A DNA stretch of 64,000 nucleotides from Trueperaceae bacterium (GTDB lineage: Bacteria; Deinococcota; Deinococci; Deinococcales; Trueperaceae), in assembly GCA_034520945.1 (NCBI GenBank), contig JAXHNB010000001.1, forward strand, positions 128,001 to 192,000. The letters are read 5' to 3'. The first letter of the stretch is position 1. Every line of letters begins with the position of its first letter. Shown one piece after another: positions 1 through 9,512 of the stretch. The translations under genes were made by a program, and so were the position numbers. Under the pieces are notes generated by a model. The model was not told the DNA's origin. It saw only the letters and a list, made by a program, of their open reading frames with translations, and ran no database searches.

Positions 1-380
1 GTGGTGCGGTCGAGGTCCTCGGGAAGGTCGCGCCGGTACTCCCAGATGAGGTCGCCCGTGGCGGCGTCGAATGCCTGGATCACGTCGTTGGGATTCGGGA
101 GATACATGATGCCGTCATAGACGAGCGGCTCGGCTTCGTTAGGGCCGGGCTCCATGCCGCTCGCCCATGCCAGGGTGAGCTGGTCGACGTTCTCGGGCGT
201 AATCTGGTCCAAGGCGCTATGGCCCCAGGAGGCGTAGTTGTTGCGCGCCATGAGCCAATCGCCAGGAGCAGGGTTCTCCAGCGTCTCCTGGCTGACGGGT
301 TGGAAGTTCTCGATCGTGGCTTGGCTGAGGGCGGTCCCCAGCCATAGCGTCACAGCGAGAACCGCGAAGAGCTTACGCAT
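1..380 (-). CDS. PQQ-dependent alcohol/polyol dehydrogenase, N-terminal part (runs off window start)
   Basis: Manual translation from ATG 380 (AAAGGA upstream): signal peptide MRKLFAVLAVTLWLGTALSQA, then DWLMARNNYASWGHSALDQITPENVDQLTLAW..EAEPLVYDGIMYLPNPNDVIQAFDAATGDLIWEY, a typical quinoprotein beta-propeller N-terminus. Absent from the ORF track because truncated. Confidence 0.9.
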   Translation of the reverse strand, partial: MRKLFAVLAVTLWLGTALSQATIENFQPVSQETLENPAPGDWLMARNNYASWGHSALDQITPENVDQLTLAWASGMEPGPNEAEPLVYDGIMYLPNPNDVIQAFDAATGDLIWEYRRDLPEDLDRT

Positions 381-571
381 AGAATTTCTCGTCCTTTCGT
401 ACGTGTGGAGCAATGGGTTCGTGTGGACGTGCAATGCGACACCGGTGGTGCACGGTGTAATACGTCACGACGCACATCGTGCGCTCTCGTATCGCCCCCT
501 TCCTTGAATGTCCCGGTTAGGATAACACCGGTAGGTGGAGCCCTCCAAATTGGAAGGGCGTACGTAGAGGC

Positions 572-1399
572 TCATGGGACCGCATCGGTCGATGGGCAGA
601 CGTCGCACGTCGGTGTAATCGGCGTCAGGTCGTAGGCGTCGACGATCTCCTCTATGGCCCCGGTACGTAAGAGCGCTTGCAGTTCCGCTACGAGCGCGCG
701 CTTGAGGGTGAGATCACCCTTCCAGAGCCCGAATCCCAAGGGGTAGCGTCCGAGCGATTCAGGTAGATACTGCGCTTCCCAACCGGTTTCTCCGGCGAGT
801 TGGCGCGCACGCAACGCTTCGGTAGCGATGGCGTCGACCTCGCCTCCCTCGATCGCTCGTAGAGCCTCGTCATACGACTGCAGAATGGTCGTCTCAACGG
901 CGATCTCTCGCAGGAAGCGACTAAGGCGAATGCGATCCAGTCCCGACGCCCCGGAGAGAAAACCGACCCGCGCGCTCGTCAGACTGTCGAGGTCGGTGGG
1001 CACGGCGATGGCCCACCCCGTTTCCAAGTGGGATGGTGTGGTCTCCAAAAACGATTCGGTGACACCGGTCGTGACCACACCGCCACCGATCACTTCGCAT
1101 TGGGCGCGTGTGATGCGCCAGTTTCGAGGATTGAAGTCGCGGCCGATGGCACGGTTCGTGATCGTCTGCAAACGAAGGCCAAGGTTATCGGCGACCGCCT
1201 GCATGATCTCTACGTCGACGCCGGGCGTGGCGGGACCATCCGTGACGAGCGGCGGGTAGGACTCGGGAATGCACAGGCGTAGTGATCCGCGTTCCTGCAC
1301 CAACCGCAAGGACGTATCCGTGGGCACCACGTTTGCGAGCGCCATGATTGCCAGGACGACGACGATGGCCACGAGGTCGCGACGTGCACGGGCACTCAT
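572..1399 (-). CDS. Periplasmic binding protein family 3, MxaJ/XoxJ-like quinoprotein-associated protein
   Basis: N-terminal TM/signal, LRLCIPESYPPLV..GVDVEIMQAVA..LG and AQCEVIGG (two Cys placed as in MxaJ/XoxJ); adjacent to the PQQ dehydrogenase. Start taken at ATG 1399. Confidence 0.7.
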   Translation of the reverse strand: MSARARRDLVAIVVVLAIMALANVVPTDTSLRLVQERGSLRLCIPESYPPLVTDGPATPGVDVEIMQAVADNLGLRLQTITNRAIGRDFNPRNWRITRAQCEVIGGGVVTTGVTESFLETTPSHLETGWAIAVPTDLDSLTSARVGFLSGASGLDRIRLSRFLREIAVETTILQSYDEALRAIEGGEVDAIATEALRARQLAGETGWEAQYLPESLGRYPLGFGLWKGDLTLKRALVAELQALLRTGAIEEIVDAYDLTPITPTCDVCPSTDAVP

Positions 1400-1410
1400 G
1401 GGCAGCGTCC

Positions 1411-2217
1411 TCAGCGGGCCGATCGCCGGAAGTCCCACATGGCGATTCCAAAGAACAGAATGGCCATCGCGACCAGGACCGCCGGCCCGATTCGAGGGTC
1501 GAACTGATTGAAGTCGATGAACACGCCGCGTAGGGCATCAATGGCGTAGGTGATGGGGTTGAGGCGCACGACGGTGACGAGCCACTCCGGGTACACGACC
1601 GACGTTTGGGCGCCCGTGAGCGAGGGGGAAAGGGGAAAGATGGAGCTGGAGGTGAAGTACAAGGGAAGGATGACGGCGTTCGAGAAGACGCCGAAGCCCT
1701 CGAAGCTGGGCATACGGTTCGCTATCACGACGCCGAGTGATGTGAGGGCGAAGCCCAGCAGGAGCATGATGCCCAGCCCCGAGACCACGCGGGGCAGGGT
1801 GATCACGACATCGGTGAAGCGGGCAAGCACCAGCACGATGATGCCGTGTGCCAGGGCGATGGTGGTGCCGCCCAAGACCTTGCCCAAGAGGACAGCCCAG
1901 CGCGGCATGGGAGACACGAGCACTTCCCTCAGGAAGCCGAATTCACGGTCCCAGATCACCGATACGGCCGACTGCACGGAGGTATACATCATGTTGAGGG
2001 CGATGACCGCAGGGAAGATGAATTGAAGGTAGGTGTACGGGATGACGAACTGGACTTCCCCGTACACCTCCCCTCGAAAGTAGGGATTCAGGCCGATCCC
2101 CAGGATCAGCACCCACAACAACGGTCGACTGACGCCCCCAACGAGCTGGCCGCGATCACGAATGGCCCGCTTGACCTCTCGCAGCCAAATTGCGTAGATG
2201 CCGTTGAGGGTCGCCAT
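1411..2217 (-). CDS. ABC-2 type permease (type found in PQQ-ADH loci)
   Basis: AIWLREVKR, DREFGFLREVLVSP and NPITYAIDALRG motifs; multiple TM segments. Confidence 0.85.
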   Translation of the reverse strand: MATLNGIYAIWLREVKRAIRDRGQLVGGVSRPLLWVLILGIGLNPYFRGEVYGEVQFVIPYTYLQFIFPAVIALNMMYTSVQSAVSVIWDREFGFLREVLVSPMPRWAVLLGKVLGGTTIALAHGIIVLVLARFTDVVITLPRVVSGLGIMLLLGFALTSLGVVIANRMPSFEGFGVFSNAVILPLYFTSSSIFPLSPSLTGAQTSVVYPEWLVTVVRLNPITYAIDALRGVFIDFNQFDPRIGPAVLVAMAILFFGIAMWDFRRSAR

Positions 2218-2221
2218 AAGA

Positions 2222-3166
2222 TCAGCGGTTCTCGATGGTGATCTGATTCATGTCTTCGGGAATGAGGGGAGTGCTTCCGGCGGGGTACTCGTTTTCGCTG
2301 AGCCAATAGGCCATGATGCGCACGTACGTGCGGTCGGACAGGGTCCCCGGCGAAGCCGGAGGCATTCTGGAGGACACGTAGCCGTGCAAACTGCTCATTG
2401 GCTGGCCGCCGTAATCACGGAAGAAACCGAGGCTTGTCAGGGCCGGGGCGTGGAAGCCGCCACGAAGACCTTGGCCGTGACACTCGGCGCAGTGCTCCGC
2501 GTAGGCCTCGGCCCCCTGCGCGGCCTGTTGTTCCGTGAAATACCCCGTGTCGTCACTGTAGGAAATCTCGGACGGATCGATCTCGTCGGGATCCTGCGCT
2601 TCGCCACTGTCCGCCCCACGGGCGTCGGCGCCTTCCGGTTCAGGTTGCGCTAGCCCAATGCGGTAGCGCTCCTGGTAGACGTCCGATGCAGTGAGGTCGG
2701 CTTCGCGTGCCGAAGCCACGTCGTCGGGTCCGTACCAGGCGAAGTCTTCGGGCAGGGACGCCTCGTTGCCCCAGGCGGATGCCACGTAGTTCAGAGCAGC
2801 CGCCAGGTCCTCGTCGCCCAAGTAGCCCCAGGCGGGCATGTTGCCGTCGTAGGACTGCCCGCTGACCTCGATCTGGCCGTTGAGGCCGTACAGCACGGTG
2901 TGGCTCAGGTGGTCGCGACCGCCGCCCTGAGCGAGGATGTCGGGTACGTGACCCGCCAGCGGCGGAAACGTTCCGGGAACCCCTTCACCGTTCGATTGGT
3001 GGCACGATGCGCAGGTCACCGTGTAGGTCTGTTCACCGAGGTCACGCCATTCGAAATCGTCCTGGGCGTAGGCTTGCCCGGCAAGCAAAAACGCCACTGT
3101 GACCGCCAATGCCAGCGAACGCCAAGAGCACTTCTCGACCGATCGGGGACGAACACTGTTCATCAA
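2222..3166 (-). CDS. Di-heme cytochrome c (Thermus c552-like domain plus second class I domain)
   Basis: Signal peptide; CASCH..GVPGTFPPLAGHV..LYGLNGQIEV..MP, then CAECH..APAL..MPP, separated by an acidic linker. Confidence 0.9.
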   Translation of the reverse strand: MMNSVRPRSVEKCSWRSLALAVTVAFLLAGQAYAQDDFEWRDLGEQTYTVTCASCHQSNGEGVPGTFPPLAGHVPDILAQGGGRDHLSHTVLYGLNGQIEVSGQSYDGNMPAWGYLGDEDLAAALNYVASAWGNEASLPEDFAWYGPDDVASAREADLTASDVYQERYRIGLAQPEPEGADARGADSGEAQDPDEIDPSEISYSDDTGYFTEQQAAQGAEAYAEHCAECHGQGLRGGFHAPALTSLGFFRDYGGQPMSSLHGYVSSRMPPASPGTLSDRTYVRIMAYWLSENEYPAGSTPLIPEDMNQITIENR

Positions 3167-3264
3167 GATTCCTTCCGAGATGGGAGCACGACTTCAAGGG
3201 CGGGCTCCACGAAGCATGAACTCATTGCGTGTGCTCGCCCCCTTGACGGGCGAACGTGTACATC

Positions 3265-4215
3265 CTATCGCGGGCTCCGGCTGCCTGGTCGCGGAGTCCC
3301 CTGACCAGTGAGGGACAGAAAAACCGTCTCCAGGCTGGGCTTCTCCACCGTCAGGGTGCGGGCGTACGTGCCCCATGCCTCCACGAAACGCTCCGCTTCG
3401 GCATCGGTACCGACTTCGACCACGAGCCCCCCGGCGCCAGGGGCGACACGTTCGGGATAGGCCTCACGGATACCCTTTTCGGCGTCGGCATCGTCGGGTT
3501 CGACCCGCACGATCACAGCGCCGTGATCTTGTTTGAGGCGCTCAGGCGTGTCCAAGGCCAATACCTCGCCATGGTCGACGATGCAGATGCGGTCGCACAC
3601 CTCGACCTCGTCGATGTAGTGGGTGGTCACCAAGACCGTGAGGTCGCGTTCTCGCCGCAATCGTTGCAGGTAGACCCACATTCGCTCACGGGTTTGTGCG
3701 TCTAGGCCGACCGTAGGTTCGTCAAGAATCAAGAGTTTCGAATCGTGGACGAGCGCTCGCGCGATCTCCAGGCGGCGCTTCATGCCGGTCGAAAGTTGGC
3801 TTACCAAATGGTCGCGCCACTCGGCTAATTCGACGAGCTCGAGGAGTTCGGGAATGCGCTGTCGGCGTAGGGCGCCGGGCACGCCATAGATACGGCCATG
3901 GAAGTCGAGGTTCTCGGCCACGGTCAGGCGCCCGTCGAGGCTCGGTTCCTGGAACACCACACCAAGGTGGCGTCGCGCACGCCGAGGATGCTTTGCCGTG
4001 TCGACGCCAAAGATCTCCGTTCGCCCCTCGTCGGATCCATGGATGGTGCACAGGATGTGGATCAGGGTCGTCTTCCCAGCTCCGTTGGGACCTAGGAGGG
4101 CAAACAACTCGCCGCTGCGGACCTCGAAATTGACGTCGTTCAAGGCGATTACCCGACCGTAACGCTTGGTCGTATTGCTCACGCGCACGGCGGGTACGTC
4201 AGAGGTGACTGGCAT
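3265..4215 (-). CDS. ABC-2 type ATP-binding protein
   Basis: GPNGAGKTT, LSTGMKRR, LILDEPTVGLD, TTH; start ATG 4215. Confidence 0.9.
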   Translation of the reverse strand: MPVTSDVPAVRVSNTTKRYGRVIALNDVNFEVRSGELFALLGPNGAGKTTLIHILCTIHGSDEGRTEIFGVDTAKHPRRARRHLGVVFQEPSLDGRLTVAENLDFHGRIYGVPGALRRQRIPELLELVELAEWRDHLVSQLSTGMKRRLEIARALVHDSKLLILDEPTVGLDAQTRERMWVYLQRLRRERDLTVLVTTHYIDEVEVCDRICIVDHGEVLALDTPERLKQDHGAVIVRVEPDDADAEKGIREAYPERVAPGAGGLVVEVGTDAEAERFVEAWGTYARTLTVEKPSLETVFLSLTGQGTPRPGSRSPR

Positions 4216-4960
4216 GCGTATCTCCTCGCAGGCGGCGGACGGCATCGCGCGACGTGCGCCAAAGCTTGGCGTCATCGGCGTTTCGGGGACGCGGCAACTC
4301 GGAGGTGAGCTCCAGTACGTCGGCCACGCGCCCTGGGCCAGGCGACATGATGAGAATGCGGTCTGCGAGCAGCGTCGCCTCCATGGGATTATGCGTCACG
4401 AACACTACCGTGCATCTTAACTGCTGCCACAGCGCAAGCAGCTCTTCGCGCATGGTCATGGCCGTTAGCTCGTCGAGAGAGCTGAAGGGCTCGTCCATGA
4501 ACAGTACGTCCGGTTGCACGATGAGCGCCCGTGCGACCGCTACCCGTTGCTGCATACCGATGGACAGCTGACGCGGAAAATAGTCACCGAACTCTCGTAA
4601 GCCTACGCGGGAGAGCCAGTCGTCGATGCGCCCTCTCGTCCTTGCCGACCGACCATCGAGGACGAACGCCAAGTTCTCCGTCACCGTCATCCATGGCAGA
4701 AGCCTGGATTCCTGGAACATGTAGCTGATGACCGGTGTGTGCCCGTCCGACTCGTCTCGAATGGTCACCGAGCCTGCGTCGTGTCGTTCGAGGCCGGCCA
4801 TGATGTTGAGCAGGGTGGTCTTGCCGCAACCCGACGGTCCCAGGAGGCACATGAACTCGCCGTCCGCCACGCGGACGTGGATGTCGCGCAGGGCATCGAC
4901 GGCCGCACCTCCGGGCCCTCGAAAGGTCTTCGTGACGCCCTCCACGACGATCTGTGCCAT
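4199..4960 (-). CDS. NitT/TauT-family ABC ATP-binding protein
   Basis: MAQIVVEGVTKTF, GPSGCGKTT, LSIGMQQR, FMDEPFSSLD; start overlaps the permease stop at 4960. Confidence 0.9.
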   Translation of the reverse strand: MAQIVVEGVTKTFRGPGGAAVDALRDIHVRVADGEFMCLLGPSGCGKTTLLNIMAGLERHDAGSVTIRDESDGHTPVISYMFQESRLLPWMTVTENLAFVLDGRSARTRGRIDDWLSRVGLREFGDYFPRQLSIGMQQRVAVARALIVQPDVLFMDEPFSSLDELTAMTMREELLALWQQLRCTVVFVTHNPMEATLLADRILIMSPGPGRVADVLELTSELPRPRNADDAKLWRTSRDAVRRLRGDTHASHL

Positions 4961-5787
4961 CAGCCTACCTCCGCGGCCGGCTTGCGCCACTTGAACGCCG
5001 AACGCTGCACGGCGCCCAGCAGTACCAGGTCGATGAACGCCAGGATGATCATCATCGTCAGGCCGTACGCCAGAATCCCGGTCATGTTGAACATCTGAAA
5101 ATAAAAGGAGATCTGGTAGCCGACGCCGTTGGTGCGGCCCAGCAGTTCCGCCAGCACCACCATCTTCCAGGCCAGCGACAGCGACGAGCGCGCCACGCCG
5201 ATGATGTAGGGCATCAGCTGCGGCAGGATCACCTTGCGCCAGATGGTGACGCGTGGCCGCCGGTAGGCGCGGGCCATCTCGACCAGCTTGTCGTCGATGG
5301 CGCGCGTGCCTTCGCGGACCTGCACCACGATGGTGGGCAGGATGGTGACGATCAGGGCGTTGATGGCGGCGCTGTCGGAGAGCCCGAAGATCAGGTACGC
5401 CATCACGAACAGGATGATGCGGGGGATGGTCAGGCCGGCGATGAGCCAGCCCTGCAGCAGCCGGTCGATCCACCACGAGATGCCCATGGCCGCGCCGACG
5501 GCCACGCCGATGATCATGCCGGCCCCGAACGCGATGACCACCCGCCGGGCGGTGGCCCACAGGTGGTTCAGCATGGTGCCGCGTTCGAACTCCCGGGCGA
5601 TGAACTCGACCGTGGCGACGGGACCGGGCATCAACTCGGAGGGCAGGGCGGTGGCGGCGACGATCCAGGCCACCAGGATGGAGGCGTAGCCCGCCCCTAC
5701 CAACCACGCTGGATTCGCTTCGAGTCGGGCCGTAATCGTCCGCCTCGACCGGGTCGAGGCGGACGGCCTGGTTTGCGCGTCGGCGAT
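4960..5787 (-). CDS. NitT/TauT-family ABC permease
   Basis: LVEMARAY..IWRKVILP..AWKMVVLAELLG..GVGY. Start uncertain: TTG 5703, or in-frame ATC 5787 behind AGGAGG. Confidence 0.85.
   Translation of the reverse strand: MADAQTRPSASTRSRRTITARLEANPAWLVGAGYASILVAWIVAATALPSELMPGPVATVEFIAREFERGTMLNHLWATARRVVIAFGAGMIIGVAVGAAMGISWWIDRLLQGWLIAGLTIPRIILFVMAYLIFGLSDSAAINALIVTILPTIVVQVREGTRAIDDKLVEMARAYRRPRVTIWRKVILPQLMPYIIGVARSSLSLAWKMVVLAELLGRTNGVGYQISFYFQMFNMTGILAYGLTMMIILAFIDLVLLGAVQRSAFKWRKPAAEVG
5737..5765. repeat. Perfect 14-bp inverted repeat with 1-nt centre
   Basis: CGTCCGCCTCGACC-G-GGTCGAGGCGGACG, just downstream of the binding-protein gene. Confidence 0.9.
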
Positions 5788-5828
5788 GGGACGCCTCCTG
5801 TCGGACGCCGCTGCGGATCAGGACGCGA

Positions 5829-6830
5829 TCAGCGCAGGTTTTCGGGCACGAACTCGGTGGTGTACGCGTCGCGCGGAAGGCCCTCGACGCCGACGACGTC
5901 CGAGCCGGCGATGTCGACGAGCTGGTCGACGAGGGTGATCAGCCCATCGATCTGCGCCTCGTTCCAGCCGTCCGGAAGGCCGGCCTCCCAGCGCTCCCGC
6001 ACGTCGGGGAACGCCTCGGGGTTGGGCAGCGAGTAGAGCTCCTCGTCGAGGATGTCCTGCCAGATGCCGTCCATGGCGTCGTTGCTCATGCGCTCGAAGG
6101 TCTCGTCCATGGCGGCGATGAAGGCGGTCTTGGCTTCGGCGGAGAGCCCTTCGCGGCCGACCACGACGAGGATCGGAAGGTCGTTGCGCAGGCCGAGCTG
6201 ATCGAGCATCTCGGTAACCATCATGATGTCCTTGTTCTCGCCGTCGTAGGTCAAGCGCGACACGAAGTGCCAGTAGGGGATGCCGGCGTCGATCTCACCG
6301 TCGGCCAAAAGCTCGGACATCAGCCAGGGCGCGGCCTGCAGCGTCTCGCCGTCCTCCTGTGGGTCGAAGCCGTACTGGCTGGTGGTCAGCGCCCGCAGGA
6401 TCAGGAGGCTCTTGTCGTCGAGGCTGGCGGCGGCGACCGTCTTGCCTTCGAGATCCGCGATCGTGTCGATGCCGCTGTCGCTGCGTACGACGACGCCGCC
6501 CACGGCCTTGCCGTAGGGGTAGATCGCCTGCACGGGCACGTCGCGTTGACGCATCAGCACCACGCCGATGAAGTCGTCGACGGTGACGTCGACCTCTTCG
6601 CCGCGGAGCGCCAGTTCGGTCGCCTGCTTGGTGCCGTACGTGGTCGGCTGGATGTCCAGGTTGTATTCCTCGTCCACGCCGAAGTACTGCATGGCGTGGA
6701 TCACCCACGAGAAGGTGCCGACGGCCTGCATGCCGACGCGGACCGTCATGGGTTCTTCGTCTTGGGCGAACGCCGTGGTGGTCGCGAGGACCAACGACGT
6801 GAGGGCGAGCATGCGGACGAGACGACGCAT
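5829..6830 (-). CDS. NitT/TauT-family substrate-binding protein, PqqT-like (putative PQQ-binding)
   Basis: Signal peptide; GTFSW, YPYGKAVGG, DDKSLLIL and PYWHF resemble the periplasmic PQQ-binding PqqT family (from recall); AAAGGAG RBS; PQQ-enzyme context. Confidence 0.7.
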   Translation of the reverse strand: MRRLVRMLALTSLVLATTTAFAQDEEPMTVRVGMQAVGTFSWVIHAMQYFGVDEEYNLDIQPTTYGTKQATELALRGEEVDVTVDDFIGVVLMRQRDVPVQAIYPYGKAVGGVVVRSDSGIDTIADLEGKTVAAASLDDKSLLILRALTTSQYGFDPQEDGETLQAAPWLMSELLADGEIDAGIPYWHFVSRLTYDGENKDIMMVTEMLDQLGLRNDLPILVVVGREGLSAEAKTAFIAAMDETFERMSNDAMDGIWQDILDEELYSLPNPEAFPDVRERWEAGLPDGWNEAQIDGLITLVDQLVDIAGSDVVGVEGLPRDAYTTEFVPENLR

Positions 6831-7164
6831 GAAAGGCTCCTTTCGAACGAACGAGTTCGGGGGTTTCCTCTTGCGGACAAAAATATAGTAGCACTCCTGC
6901 GCCCATGGTGTATGTCAAGTGTCGTGCACGGCGCGATGCGGGCGCCGCCACGCGTACGAGACCGCCATGCACGGCCGCGCGGAAAACATCGTCGGCCCCG
7001 GCGCGCGCCCGGTCCGTGCCCCTGGTGCGCCCGCCCCCTTCGGTCCCACATGCCCGTGGTATCCTTTGCGCCCGGACGCGCGACAGCCCTTCATCCCCCC
7101 GGGCGACTCGTGGTGGTCACGGTTCCCGCAAGCATGGACGGCGCTCCATGGCGGAGGAGGCAGC

Positions 7165-8435
<1,271 letters not shown>

Positions 8436-8439
<4 letters not shown>

Positions 8440-9422
8440 GTCGCCCCGCGCAGCCTGCCGGCGCGCGCGTCGCGTGGAACCACGGCGCGCGGGCCACCGT
8501 CGTGCGCGCCTTGGCGTTGGCCGCCGTGCTGTTGATCCTCGCCTACCTCGCCGCAACCTGGTCCGCCCGGATCGCCAGCGAGGCCCACCCGACGTTGGCC
8601 ACGGCCTGGCCCGAGCCGCCGCTGGTGATGGCGCACCAGGGCGGCGACGGCCTGTGGCCCTCCAGCACCCGGTACGCCTTCGACCGTGCGGTGACGCTGG
8701 GGGTGGACGTGCTGGAGATGGACGTGCACCTGAGCCAGGACGGGCGATTGGTGGTCATCCACGACGACACGGTCGACCGCACCACCGACGCCTCCGGCGC
8801 GGTGGCGGACCACGACGCCGAAACGCTGGCGGCGATGGACGCGGGCTGGTCCTGGTCGCCGGGCCCGGCGACGGGCCGCGTGCCCTACCGCGGCTTCGGG
8901 TACGGCGTCCCGGCGCTGGCGGACGTCCTGAACGACCACCCGGACGCGCCCGTGGCGATCGAGATCAAGCCCGAGGGGCCCGAGGCCGCCACGGCCCTGT
9001 GCCGACGGCTGCGGGAGGAGGGCCGGACCGCAGGTGCGCTGGTCGCCAGCTTCCACCAGGACGCCATGGACGCGTTCCGAAACGCCTGCCCGGACGTGGC
9101 CACCTCGGCGACGCGGGCGGAGGCCCGCACCTTCGTGATCCTGTCGCGCCTGCGCTTGGCGGGACCGCTCCGCCCGCGCTTCGACGCGCTGCAGGTGCCG
9201 GTCGAACAGGGCGGCCTCACGGTGGCGACGCCGTCGCTGCTGGGCGCGGCGCACGCCAAGGGCGTCCAAGTGCACGTGTGGACGATCAATGATCCGGACG
9301 CGATGCAGCGCCTGCTCCGGATGGGCGTGGACGGCCTGATCACCGACCGGCCCGACCGGGCGTTGCGGGCCACGGGGCGGGAGGTCGACGAGGCCCTGCT
9401 CCCGCCGTTCGTGACGCCGTAG
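8436..9422 (+). CDS. Glycerophosphodiester phosphodiesterase with N-terminal membrane anchor
   Basis: [53 protein letters not shown] overlap with sigA. Confidence 0.92.
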
Positions 9423-9512
9423 CCGGCGTCCGGTCGGGCACACACGACGTCACCGTCGGGTGCTTCCCGGACCTGTACGGCGCGCTGGAGGGCAGCGGCC
9501 TGGATCAGGTCA

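Noticed and set aside
454..469. CRP-like site CGTGA-N6-ACACC upstream of the PQQ dehydrogenase
   Set aside because: Only 7/10 match to TGTGA-N6-TCACA; not distinguishable from chance
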